Translations under genes and position numbers: made by a program
Assembly: GCA_002269645.1 (NCBI GenBank)
Contig: NIVC01004409.1
Location: forward strand, 1 to 46,853
Length of the DNA: 46,853 nucleotides
Direction of reading: 5' to 3'
Source: Macrostomum lignano
Lineage: Eukaryota
Notes under the pieces: model-generated
Told to the model about the DNA's origin: nothing
Database searches by the model: none
The model's input: only the letters and a program-made list of their open reading frames with translations
In this document: positions 33,416 through 45,470 of the stretch, piece by piece
How the letters are laid out: each line of letters begins with the position of its first letter
Position numbering within the stretch: the first letter of the stretch is position 1

Positions 33416-34648
33416 CTTCCAGGTCTCTGCCACCAGGCTTCCAGATTCCCAAAGCCCCTAAAATATTCCAGATCTGCAGTTATTTCTGTTAACCCTCCAA
33501 AGCCCCAGCAAAGATCCAAATCCAAGTTTCAAGTTCTCTCTGCAATTTCACTTCTACTGAATTGGAATTTGAAAAACGAAGACGAATCCGCCGATTGCGA
33601 TGGCGGTGACTCGAACTCGCGGCCGCGAATTCCTCCATTGGGTAGGACCGGCGGCAGCGACAGATTCTATGGCGGTTTTGCTACAGCCCTCGCTGGCCGT
33701 CAGCAGCCGTCCGCTGCGTCTTCTTCGTCGTTTCTGTCGACTACGGCGCTGGATCCGCTGCGCCTGGTCCCGGAGCTCTGGCCTGGCGGCGCCACCAAAG
33801 GCGGCCCGGGTCCGCTGACTGAGTGGCGCCTTCGCCAACTCAGAGCGGCCGGAGTGCCCTCAGACCCGTGGGCCCCGGCGCCAGGCCGGTCTATCGAACA
33901 GCGCCTAGCCGCTCTGCGCGCATTCCGCGCCGAGGAGGTCGCGCGCCGATTGGCGCTGGCCAAAGAGAGGCGGCGCCTCCGTCCGAAGCTGATTGGCCCG
34001 TTGATTACATACGCACACAGCGACCCGAACATGTCAATGGCCGAATTCCTGGGCCAGTCTCAGTCGTCTTCTGCTAGTCAGTCGCAGCAGTCGGAGCCCG
34101 GTGTAATTGTCGTTGATCCGCCCGCAACTTCTGGTCCTTCGAATTTGAAGCTGCAGCCTAATAGAAAGCGCCTGTTGAGCAACGACGATAAAAATGATCA
34201 GGACCCGGACGATGCTGACTTCACTCCGTCTTCTAGGAGCAAAATTAGCAATACAAATACGAATAACAGGCGCAGGTCAGCCGCTGGTCCACGGCAGCAA
34301 CAGCCAGCAGAGACTGAATACATTCGGCTGGGGCCGCGCAATCTGCCCCCAGCCGCCGCTGCAGTTTCTCCTGCTGGAGCCTCTGGCCGCCGCCAGAAGC
34401 TGTTAGCTGGCGCCCAAATCTCCTTGTGCAGCGCAGCCGACGCCGTGTACGAGATTCGCTCGTCATCTAGCGAGGATGAGAACAATCAATCGACTTCCAA
34501 TGTGTCGAAGAATCCCAGGAAGAAGAAGCCGGCGGTAGCCGTCAACAAAATCGAATACCACGAGACGGTGTGTCCGGTGTGCAACTGTCCGGTGCCGAAG
34601 CAGGCCTCAATGCAGGAGCACGTGAACTCGTGCTTGGACAAGGACTGA
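33413..34648 (+). CDS. Low-complexity protein with a C-terminal RAD18-type (UBZ4) ubiquitin-binding zinc finger; 5' end unresolved
   Basis: 411-codon open frame, GC-rich from about 33570, ending VCPVCNCPVPKQASMQEHVNSCLDKD (C-x2-C-x12-H-x3-C). The first in-frame ATG after the repeat edge is near 34031, so the region is probably a terminal exon. Confidence 0.65.
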   Translation: MLPGLCHQASRFPKPLKYSRSAVISVNPPKPQQRSKSKFQVLSAISLLLNWNLKNEDESADCDGGDSNSRPRIPPLGRTGGSDRFYGGFATALAGRQQPSAASSSSFLSTTALDPLRLVPELWPGGATKGGPGPLTEWRLRQLRAAGVPSDPWAPAPGRSIEQRLAALRAFRAEEVARRLALAKERRRLRPKLIGPLITYAHSDPNMSMAEFLGQSQSSSASQSQQSEPGVIVVDPPATSGPSNLKLQPNRKRLLSNDDKNDQDPDDADFTPSSRSKISNTNTNNRRRSAAGPRQQQPAETEYIRLGPRNLPPAAAAVSPAGASGRRQKLLAGAQISLCSAADAVYEIRSSSSEDENNQSTSNVSKNPRKKKPAVAVNKIEYHETVCPVCNCPVPKQASMQEHVNSCLDKD

Positions 34649-36129
34649 ATGACCAAGTGACAACACGGCCGAGTTTGAGTTGCATTTTGCTCCGTTTTTT
34701 CTTCGCTTCGTTTCTTCGTTGTTGGTTAATGGTTAGGTACAATTTAGAGGACTCCTTGAAGTTTTAGAGTTCTCGAAGTACTCCTTGTACTTTAGGCTGT
34801 TATCGTCTTTTTGAACTCAAGATTGTTAAGGACCTCTTGAACTTTAGGTTGTTATACAATGCTTGCAATATTGATGTCAAGGTGGGAATGTTTTAGGGAA
34901 ATTTAGCTAAGTATAAATTTAATTTGAATTTTCTGGCTTATTCAATCTAGTTTAAAACGAAAACCTATCCTAGGGACAGGTTATTAAGGTACATTTACGC
35001 TTGTAGTTATTTTTATTGGTTCAATGCTCGCATTTATATTCATGAATCCAGAAACGTATACGAGAATTACAACAGTTGCTTGGAAGCAGAAGTCCCAGAG
35101 TTCAGAAAGTCCAGGTGCAATGGCCACAGCTACCGCCTGGATTCGAATAGAATCAATCGATTAGTACTAGAGAAAGAAGACTCGTCAGGTTAGGCAAAAG
35201 TATCCTGGAGTCAAGCAGCCAATACGCAATGTCTGCTGTGATATTAGTATTTAAAATTCACAAACGGAACACAAAACGATTGCATTTATATCGTCGATAG
35301 ATATCTCATAGATAGTCAACTAGATGGCAACTTATTTTTGTTTTGTGCTGTGTGTTGCAAGAGTTTGATAATTTTGTAGGATTACTTTGCCATCCATCCG
35401 ATGTGAATTTGCTGTGCAATCAGCGCCAATAGTGCATTTTTATCACTTTGCTGGCTTGTCTGTTGTCTCTAATGTACTCCTGTGTTGTTCCTGTGTGCTA
35501 GTAAACAAACTGTATTTAGCTCGTACTACTTGATTTCAGGTGCTGTTTTTTTCTAAATAAAAACATCAAACAGTTGCAAATAATAACAATAAAAATATCA
35601 GCTGCTGAGCCTGTGTTTGTTAAAAACTATTTGTATTCAATAAAGCGAAATTTCCCCGAATGCTTTTGTTTCAATTTGTTATTTAGTCATTAGAAATTGG
35701 AAAGTTGATACAGACTTCAAAGAGTCTGCTTGGATTTCGGACGGAAGTTTAAAAATACGCTCGTAGAATTATTGATTTATTTCAAATGAAGATAAGGAAC
35801 CAAATGAGTATAAAAGACGTGTAATTACAAAGGCTAATAGTTTTTTGTCAATTTCTCTCTCAACTCTCGTCTTTGCTAAATGAGGAGCCTGATTCTGTGG
35901 AAACTTGAATGGGAAAGGTCGGTAGTTTAGACATTTTGCTGATAGCTGAGTAAATATGAATGAAAAATTCAAAATCAGTTCTAATATGGAGGAAATTTGT
36001 TGGGTATGTAGCGGTTCTCTGTGCAAATTGGCCTATATGGAAACCTGCTTGTCTATTCGGGAAAGTCGTTAGCCCACTTATATCAATGGTTGTTGTCTAG
36101 GAATTGGCTTGCGAGTACAAATGGAGACT

Positions 36130-39100
36130 TCAGAGGTACAGGGTCTGCAGCAGGAAGTGGTCCTGCTTCACCACGCCAAAGCCTTCGTTTGTCTTCGGCA
36201 TGGCCTTGTAAGTCTCGAAGGCGGTCTTAAGCCGGATGGACAGCAGGATGAAGTCCTCGAAGCAGACTCTGCCCTGCTCGGGGTCCATGTAGCGCATGGC
36301 CACGGACTCGAACACCTTGTTGCAGAGGTTGTAGCCAGCAACGCGGAGTGCGCCTCGCAGTTCGAACGAATCGAAGTAGCCATTACCGTCGGCGTCGTAC
36401 TCTTTGAAGATGGTCTTCAACAGGCGGATCTCGTTCCACAGGTGTTTGAACTCGTCAAACTCCATGAAGCCAGACATGTTGGCGTCCACGAGGGCCAGCA
36501 TGCTGCGACAGGCCTCTAGGCTGAAGCCCTGAAACTCTTTGATCTCGCGGCCGAATGAACGGTTGAGAATCTGCTGTAGCTGCTTGGCGTGGATCTTGGC
36601 CGTGCTGCCTGTGGGGTTTTAAAAGTTTAAAATGATCTTTGAGTTGGTGTTAGTGAGTCTCTTCTATCGTTACCTGAATCTCATGAACCTTTGTCTTCTT
36701 GCTGCTTTTATATGCCATTTTTAATAACTAGAGAAAAGAAGCTTACTGGATACACATGATGCGCGAGATTATCTGTAGTCTAATAATGTGTTAGCGCTTT
36801 AATACTTGTAATGCATGCATGTAATGCATGTAATCCTCTGTTTATGCATGCGTTTTATGAGCTATTTTATGTTTACGCTAATATTATTTTCAGCAAAATA
36901 ATCAATAAAAAGTATACGGAGTATACGTTTGTAAATACGCAAAGCGGGGCGGATAAACATTTGATTTGATTAATAAATACGTTAAGATAACCATCTATGA
37001 TATTAAAACTCGTACGCTGCATTCCTGAAAATTTTCACAAAAATGCCAGTTGGTCAGCGTTTAGAAAATCAGAAATAAATTATGTTTTAATAAAAAATTT
37101 TAATACAAACACTTCACCTGCAAACTCCATAAACGCCTTCTTCAAAGGCTCCTCGTTCTCCATCACGGTGCTGTGATGCTTGCGCCCGTACACGCCGTCC
37201 ACCACGTTGTCCATGGTGTTCGGGGTGTCCAGCACGCCGGACTCGTTCGGTTTCTCGGAGAAGATGCGCAGAATGAATTCGGCCTCCTCGTTGGGGCTGA
37301 AGGTGGATGGGATGATGACGTAGTGCCCGGGCGGCAGCTTGTGACGCCCGCACACCTCGCGCTGGTTCACGAAGGAGGGCGACTTGTCCACCTGACGGTT
37401 GAACCGGAAGAACTTCTGGTCCAGCGGAGGTATGTTCGGATCCTTGATCGAGTAGATTGCGTAACCAATCGTTAAGAAGTCGGCCCCCTTTAGAATCTTG
37501 CGAATGTCCTTCTGCATCAGGCCCACAATAATGGTGCCCATATTCTCGTCGTCGTCCTCGTCCGGGTCCACAATCTCAATGCGAAACTGTTCGTTCATGT
37601 GGAAGCTGTCGATGTTGTTGCGACAGCCGCCTGCGCTGACGTTGCGCTTCCACTGGCCTGACTCCAGGCACATCTCCCATCGGCGCTTCTTGGCTGCCTC
37701 GCCCTTGACGCTGCTGGACATGGACTCCGGGCCCAAATGGCAAATCTCGATCTTGTTGAACTGGCTTGAAAAGTCTTTGTAGCTCATCCAGAACTCGCCG
37801 TCGTCTCTCTGGTCCATTCCGAGCTTGTCCTTCTCGCCCTGGCTGACGCTGCTCCACTTGTGGCTGTGGTCGCTCCAGTCGCCCTTCCACTCGCACTCGT
37901 TGCCCCAGGGGTTGCGGACTCGCACGAGGGACTCCTCCATGCCGTTGTTGAGTCGCACTTTTTTCACGTCTGTCACGGAGTAAGCGTGCCCTGTAATCAG
38001 GCCATTGGACAGGTGACCCTCTAACTGCTCGCTTTCAATAGCGCATCCCATCAAGGAGCAGGCATTGTTAGCCTGTACCATGATGTTGTACAGGTTCGGT
38101 GGCGCCCTTCTCATGTCGAAAGTTTCGCACAGGCCGCCAGTGAAGTCGACCATGGCCTCGGCCTGGTTGCCACCGCTGAGGGCCTCGTAGCTGCCGTTCA
38201 GCTTGGCGTAGGCCTTCTCGAGCAGAGCTGACCAGAACTCGTTGCGGTCCTCACTGCGCATGAAGCACAACTTGCCGTACTTGGTTGGCAGGCGGTCGTC
38301 AATCTGTCGAGTTTCATTATTGAGGGAAGCATGTTGATTGCAAGTTTCTGGGGGACTGGTTGATACATGTAGCATATAATGACCTGTACATGTATGTTAG
38401 TTTTAGTTAGAGGCAGGGGGTTGTGTGCACCCTGGCGCACTTAAAGCGAAATTGCCACACAACCGGCGAGAGGCATTACTGCCCATTCCACCGACTCCCA
38501 TGAGCAGGCACACAAGTCATCACACAGGCACACACTCACACAGGAGTGTACACAGGTGGTCATTACTTTATTTATCGTTAGGAATGTAAACTTCACAGTG
38601 CCTTGGGGGTTGGCATTCAAGGGCGATAATTGCACGAGCAGAGCCAAGCCGAGATTTCAATTTAGCCCAAAATTAACATGACTACACTTGGAATCGAGCC
38701 TGGGCCGCTGGTACATCAGATCGCCGCGATAGATCATTTGGCTACGGTCCCAGCCTGTATGTTAATTAGTTCCGCATGTACTTCGTAAAACTGATAGAAA
38801 AAATTTATCAATCCTATTTCTCCAAGGCTGTTCTCAATCGTTCTCCTCGAATTCTTTGTACTTTGTGTAACTATTGCAAAATTTTATTATACAACCCAAG
38901 TATACCTATAATTTTATTTTGGCTTGCATACATAAAATGTATCCAACACAAAATGGTCACAAAATGGCCAGCCTGCGGCATGCACGGTGATAAACTTCAT
39001 ACCTCAACGTCTTTCCACTCGCCAAACTGCCAGAACCGAAAACGAAACATGCCGCAGTAGTTGGCGCCAAAGTCCTGGTCGGGCACCACAACCTGGTCGA

Positions 39101-39623
39101 ACAGCTTCTTGTGCATCGAAAGCGAAGCAACTGCCGCCAGAAGCCAGCAGTCGCCCAGTTCGCCCTGCTTGACATCGAATCTGCTTACACCGTCGCTGAT
39201 GAACAGCGGATCCGAGCAGATTTCCTTCGGGCGCTTCCACTCGAACCTGGAGTAGGATCGCGACGGATAGATGCTTCGGTTGTCGGCTGGAAAGTCAGGG
39301 TCTTCGAACAGCCTGCCGGACAGCTTCTGCTCGTCTCGCTTGGAATTGAAGTCTACTTTGGGCCGGTCGGAGCCGGCCTGACGGTAGATGGTGCGCGGCG
39401 GCCCGGGATCCTTCAGCGCTCGCGGCACGAAGGCGTCTCCATCGATCACCACGGACTTGCTGCGCCTGTCCAGGTAATCGAAGATGTTCCGGCCGCCGCC
39501 ATTGTTAGATTGGTCCGCATCAAATGTGTAGCCCTTGTAGTACGGATCGTAGAATGGGTTGTTGCCTCCGGACCACAGGCTGGTGGAACCGGAGGTGTCG
39601 TAGACGATCTGAACACGAGGCAT
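36130..39623 (-). CDS. Classical calpain (CysPc protease core, domain III, penta-EF-hand), 3 exons, 761 aa
   Basis: Exons 39623-39003, 38303-37118, 36608-36130 (phases 0, 1; GT-AG). Catalytic QGELGDCW, GHAYS and RNPWG; LFEDPDFP, EFWSALLEKAYAK, DDGEFWM, PSTFSP; EF-hands DANMSGFMEFDEF and DADGNGYFDSFE. Confidence 0.96.
38400..38755 (-). mobile_element. tRNA-derived SINE, copy 1, in calpain intron 1
   Basis: Minus-strand head with A box TAGCCAAATGA and B box GGCTCGATTCC; body aligns along its length with 42871-43235; candidate 9-bp TSD tgtatgtta (38391-38399, 38756-38764). Confidence 0.85.
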
Positions 39624-41298
39624 TGGTTAACCCGGATTGTCTCTAAAAGAGTGCTAAAAATTTGTTTTGATATTTGCCAAAAAATCTGTGTGGGTTCTAG
39701 TGTCAAACTTATAGGTTAGGCAGCGTCAAAATTGGACTGTCTTCTCTACTTTATAATCCAAAAATGCGAAAACGTAGCCTCTCTGCCTTTCTGTTTCTTC
39801 TACAATTGAGGGTCTCTGTGAAATAGCTATGCTCTGTCTAAGAGAATGAGATGCCATTGTGCCTTTTTTACGAGTTGTGCGCGCCTGTGCAGCAGTGAAT
39901 ACGAGCTAGAGCCACACAGTCGTTCGTTCATTCATTGCTCTGCATCTGCAGTCCCGAGCTGTAGAGAATACCCAAAGTCTTTCGGCGTGGGACGGGGGCC
40001 GAGAGCAAACAATGGCGTTGGAGTTCGTGGGCAGCAGCCAAGTAGATCCAGTGGCTGCGCGATTATGCATTTTATTTGCAGTGTTTTTCTTCTGGCCAAA
40101 ATGAAACAGCAGACCGGCAAGCCAGGTTGTTTTAGTCTCTCATCTCTCCGTCTCTTGCACAGAACCATCTCATCTTCATGGTTGTGGACATAACCCTTCA
40201 CTTGATCTTTTTCTGCAACTATCAGAAAAACTCTTGCGTCATTGAAGTCTTAGCCTTATCTTTAGAGTTTATAAGTGAAATCCGTATCTGTGGCGCCGGT
40301 TGTTAACAAGCTGTATTTACTGAGCCAAAACTATGATGAAAACCAACGGAAAAATATGTAAATAGAAGAAACTGAGCAAAGGCGCGGGTACATAACTTCG
40401 AAATATGAGATTTAGAAAGCAGAGATCAGTCGGAATCCCGAAATCCCAACTGTTTGCGGGACAAGTTCAGACGAAATTTCCCGTCCAAAGTTTTTCTCAA
40501 GGTGACTTTTCAGATTAGTCTACAAGCTTTGTTATGTCCGGGATGACAGGAAGACATTTAAATCCTCGTTGAAGAGTTGAAAATTCGAGTTTTCATCAGT
40601 CGTTAGGATCAGTGCTGCTGTTGACACTGAAGGCAGCCTACCTCGTCTCGTCGACTGCCTGCTGGCTGACGTCGGCGCCCCGAATTCTGGTCGGTCGCTC
40701 GACTTTCTGACCCTCGACGTGCCCAGCGCGTCTGTGGGCCAGAGGCGGAGAGAGAGGAGAGGGACTAAAGGAGAAGAGAGGAGTCAAGAGGAGAGGAGAT
40801 GGAAGAGAAAAAAGGAGAGAGAAGAGATTAGAGAGAAGGAAGCTGAGAAGAGACCTTGAGCGGGCCGGATGCTATCATGTGAACTCGCTGATCGGACCCG
40901 AGGGCCGGAGCTTGTCAAACCCTGATCTAGAACCATTCTCAGTGTCAATTTTGAGCAGAAAATACAAGCACAGAAAATCATATATCATTTAAAATTATGT
41001 TTATTTCATACAAGAAAAAACCGTTATATTTTCTATTACCAACTTGGATTCTGTTAGTTAAACGGCCAGACGTTGTTGTGACCATATGGTTATGACTGTC
41101 TAGACTAGACCCTCTCTGATACAAAGTCGGCTATTTATAGCACTTAAGATTATGAAATGACTGTCTATGGTAAAACCGTGTATAAATTCCATATACTCGA
41201 TATTGGTAAAATGCATGCCCTAAAAATCAAAGCTTTTGTGAGAAACCTGTGTTGTTAATTCTTAATTGTTCAATATCTGCAGCGATTTCAGGCCGAAA

Positions 41299-41437
41299 AT
41301 GGCCGCTGAATGGAGTCTGCCAGCCAAAGGCCCGGTTCTGACAATCACTCTGTTAATGTTCGTCACCTTACTTGACTCAGCCATCGCCGAGGCGAATTCG
41401 TGCAAAACCGAAGATGCCAAAATTATTAAAGAAATGC
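41299..41437 (+). CDS. First coding exon of a small signal-peptide-bearing protein; downstream exons unresolved
   Basis: ATG at 41299, MAAEWSLPAKGPVLTITLLMFVTLLDSAIAEANSCKTEDAKIIKEM, hydrophobic core plus small-residue cleavage site, strong gtaagt donor at 41438 (phase 1). Confidence 0.55.
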
Positions 41438-42870
41438 GTAAGTTGTAATCCTTATATACTGTTCTGAACGCGAAAGTTTACTAACAGTATAGGGATACCA
41501 TTTTCTTCCCGGGAGGGGAACTACCGGGGAGGGGATAGCAGAGCAACCCAGGCACACGAAATTCAAGAACACGGGCCAACCTTTTGTTGCGCAACAATTC
41601 TCAAGTAAGAATCAGGTCGCCGGCTCTCTGGACTGTCGAGATATTCAACGATTCTGCCAGAAGGTCGGGCTTTTTCCCATAAACGCTATAGTGCATTAGT
41701 GCAGCTTTGCCAAGCCTCCAAATTTCATCAGCACATCGAACGCATGTGCCTGCATTCGCCTGCTGGCCTTCTGGCCTTCACCCAGGCGGAGCTTCTGGGC
41801 CTTCAATAAGTGGCATCAGGTGACTATTTGACCCAGTCTCTCAAGAATTTAGTCGTCATCCAGACGCTTTCGACTTCTTTATCGAGTGATGTCAGCAGGC
41901 AACTTGAATTTCGTTGCCTGCGTTGCTCCGTTCCGGTGCAGAAAAAATGGCCAGGGCGGGGATCTCCACCTTGGTAGTCCACTGTTATAGAGGCCTATGC
42001 ACGCACCCACCTCTGCATGGACGCTGCCAGAGAGACTACTGGAGCGAGAACTGCCGCTGGGGATTCTATTCCTGCTGCCAGGCATCGCATTCGCCATGGT
42101 GACTCTCTACTGCTTTACCTACCTGGCTATCTATATCCGGGGACCGTTGCTTCATCCCGAGTTTGACAGTCAGTTTCCAACGCATCTGCGATAGAATTTA
42201 GCTATAAATACTACTGTTCTGCTAATAATTGAGGTTTTCGCTGAATAGACACATCTATAATCGATTTTTTACGATTTGCTCAATAAATATGTATAGCTAT
42301 AGTATACAGTATATGCATATTTATGGGCATGAATTTAAGATTTAAAGGTCACGAAGGAACACTATGACAGTGTGTGTGTACAGTGTACGTACTCTTAAAA
42401 TGATACTATAATAATAAAAAATCTAACATTTAAGGTCAAATGTTCGATCCACGCGTACGTGATTTTGAATAAGATCTGTCTTGTACTTCTGTTCTATTTG
42501 GTCGTTGATAACTGTATAAATTATTTACATGTATCGAGATCAGATGTCGACACCAACCGTCTTTTATAAAGGCGCCCGTTGATAAAAAATCTGATAGTTA
42601 GGGGACAATTAGATGCTCAATAAACGAATTTGCAAGTACATGTAAATCAGAGAGCAGCAAAGATGACCATGGCTCCAGCTAGTTAAGTTGAGTCCAAGTG
42701 AGTGAACTTTACCTCGCATTGTCTGGTACAAACTCTAACTGCATGTAATCATACATGTACTTGCATGTGTTTATGCCAAGGACTACAATACTGATTAGAA
42801 GGAAGGGAAACTAAGTTTCTAGGAAAATGTTTGTGAGGCTGATTTTCGCCGAAAAATACACTACACAGAT

Positions 42871-43235
42871 TTTTTTATTAGAGGCAGGGGAGGGGGGTTG
42901 TGTGCACCCTGGCGCACTTTAAGCGACATAGGCACACAACTGGCGAGAGGCATTGCTGCCCATTCCGCCGACTCCCCTGAGCAGGCATACAAGCGCGTGG
43001 ATACGTGCGCAGGCACACACTCACTCAGGAGTGTACAGCGGCCCTAACTTTATTTTATCGTTAGGCATGTATACTTCACTGCGCCTTGGGGGGTTGGCTC
43101 TCAAGGCCGTTAATTGCACGAGCAGAGCCAAGCCGAGATTCCAATTCCGCCCCAAATTAATGTGACTGCACTTGGAATTGAGCCTGGGTCGCTGGCACAC
43201 CAGAGCAGCTGCGCTACCGCTGGGCTACGGCCCCC
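42871..43235 (-). mobile_element. tRNA-derived SINE, copy 2, 365 bp, with A-rich tail and 14-bp TSD
   Basis: A box TAGCCCAGCGG, B box GGCTCAATTCC, tail taataaaaaa; TSD tacactacacagat at 42857-42870 and 43236-43249. Confidence 0.92.
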
Positions 43236-43345
43236 TACACTACACAGATAGGAAGTTTTCATTTTTCAGCACAAAAGTTGTCAATGCTTTCGATAGTAGG
43301 CAGAACCAATGTTCATCTTTTGATATGCTGTGCCTTTCAAAAGAA

Positions 43346-45470
43346 TAAACAACAACAACAACGAAATACGCAGCAAAGTCACAGAGCAGGGTGCGTCAGA
43401 TGGTTCGGGCCTGACCCCACCTGAACGGGCCCTGCAGGGTGAGCAGCAGGACGTCCTAAACAGGTTGGAGGCAGTAGCCCTCGGCCCGGATCACGGGGCC
43501 CGGTTGAAGTCGCCGCCAGCGCAGGATGATGGACGGGCGCTGCAGCTTGGCCCGATCGTACAGGGCCTCGTCCCGACGCTCTCGTCAGCTCGAAAGGCCG
43601 CACGAAGCAGCCCTGAGTGCGCCGAGTCCAGCTGCCGCTCTAGCGTAGCCGTCAGCGTCCACGTCTCGGCGTTGTATAGCAGGACGGTTTCGACAACCGC
43701 CTGCCACAGCCGAACCCTCTGGCGGTTGGGCAGCGCTTCGGACTGGACGACGGCCCGGATCGAACGGAAGGCCGCCCAGGCAAGTCCTCTGCGCCGCCGA
43801 AGGTCTTTCTCCACGTCAGGAACCAGACCGCCGAGGTAGGTGAACCGCTGGCAGCGTGCGAGCTTGGTCGTCTGCCCGTCTGCGCCGCGGCATGTCAGGT
43901 CCGCTGGGATGTCGGCCGGCACAGTCAGCACCTCAGTCTTCAGCGTGTTGACAACCAGTCCGACGCTCGATATTACCTCGACCAACCTGTCGATCTCGCG
44001 CTGGGCGCCTTCAACGGGCGAGGACAGAAGGGCGAGGTCGTCGGCGTAGCCAAGCACGCTCAGGCGCTTTTCGCCGTGGCGGCAACCGATGCATCTTGCA
44101 CAGCAGGAAGCCGTCGTCAGCCGATAGGAGAGCGGTCCGAAGCACGCAGTACAGCAGCAGCACGAAGAGAAACGGCGCCAGCGTGTCGCCCAGCAGAACT
44201 CCTGATGAAGTGTCGAACACGCCAGACAGGCCGTCCGTTGTCACCACAGCAGCTCGAGTGTCGCGATACAGCGCCATGACAGCGTCGATTAGCTGCTGGG
44301 GTACACGGTAGGCTCGAAGAACAAAGGGAAGCGCGGCTCTCAACACCGAGTCAAACGCCTTTCGAAAGTCAACGAAGACAATGATCAGCGTAGACTGGCG
44401 GATGTGCGCCTCCTCGATGACACGGCGGAGTGCGAGGATCTGTGTCACTGTACCGCATTGCGGCCGGAATTCGTTCTGCTCGTACCGCAGGTACGGATCC
44501 AGCACCGACTACAGACGATGGAGCAGCAGCCGGTTGAAGAGCTTCGCGGTGCAGGACATCAGCGAGATCCTGCGGTGGTCTTCTTTCCGCGTTGTCCCTG
44601 CCTTCTTCGGGATCGGCGCGACGGTCCAATCGGTGGGCGCAGGAGCACCGGCGAGCACGCGGTTCATGACACGCCTGCGACCTGGGAGGCCACACAGCGG
44701 AGCCGCAGCGCTTCGACCGGGACCTCGTCTGTGCCGAGCGCCTTGCCGCCTGATGTTTTCCGAGCGAACAGCACATCGTCCTCCGTGATGACTGGTCTGG
44801 TGCAGAATTCCTCCTCAGCTGGGAGCGGCGTGTCCAGTGGGAGCGCAAAGCTGGCGGGCAGCGGCGACGCGGGCGCGTTCACGATGCCGGCGAAGAAGTC
44901 GCGCAGTTCATTCCTGCGCTCCTCCGAGGTGTCGCCGGGGTGTCGCCAGCCAGATTCAGCACCACGGCCGTCCACACTGCCCGGCTCTTCACGTCGGGGC
45001 CGGCTGCAGTGATGGACCGGACGGCGTCGTCGACAGCGGCCTGTTGCCGCTCGTCTAGAAGGCGCTCAAACGCGTCTTCAGCGTCGCCTGTGGGCCGCCG
45101 GTTTCTGTGGAGTCGCTCGATGTTGAGCCGCGCTTGCCTGGATGGTCGGGTCGCTCTGCCAGACAGGCAGCGATTTTTGCGCTGGCCGCACCAGCGGGAT
45201 TGTCTGCTCTGCAGCGGCTCTAACGGCGGTGCTGATGTCGGAATACTCCGCCTCGCGCTGGTCTCCAAGCGCGCCGATGAAAGCGCCCGCGAATTGACGC
45301 TTCACGCGGGTGTCCAACAGAGCGCGATATTCCGATGGGCAAAAGCGGATGTGGAGACCCATTCGCAGCGGGAAATCGCGGCAGCCAGACCTTGTGCTGA
45401 CACTCAGCGAACTGGATGGTCTCAAACTGAACTGGATTCAGCCGCACCGCTCCGGATGACAACTGCGGGC
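43346..45470 (-). mobile_element. 5'-truncated, frameshifted RTE-clade non-LTR retrotransposon
   Basis: RT motifs VFVDFRKAFDSV, GVLLGDTLAPFLF, LGYADDLALL, FTYLG, VLLYNAETWTLT spread over several frames; (GTT)n 3' tail at about 43348-43362; 5' boundary approximate; no TSD found. Confidence 0.9.

Noticed and set aside
32857-33492. 211-aa MLPDP/KCFQIP repeat ORF as the N-terminus of the UBZ protein
   Set aside because: Repeat-derived, non-ATG start and not in frame with the UBZ ORF.
30566-39719. Antisense ORFs over alpha-SNAP and calpain (for example 30566-31090, 36109-36519, 39111-39719)
   Set aside because: Shadow frames of well-supported genes on the other strand.
40530-41010. Possible solo LTR starting TGTTATG with a purine-rich interior
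   Set aside because: No matching inverted terminus or 4-6-bp TSD could be found.
38690-43235. tRNA-like A and B boxes as tRNA genes
   Set aside because: No complete cloverleaf; they are the heads of ~360-bp SINE copies with tails and TSDs.
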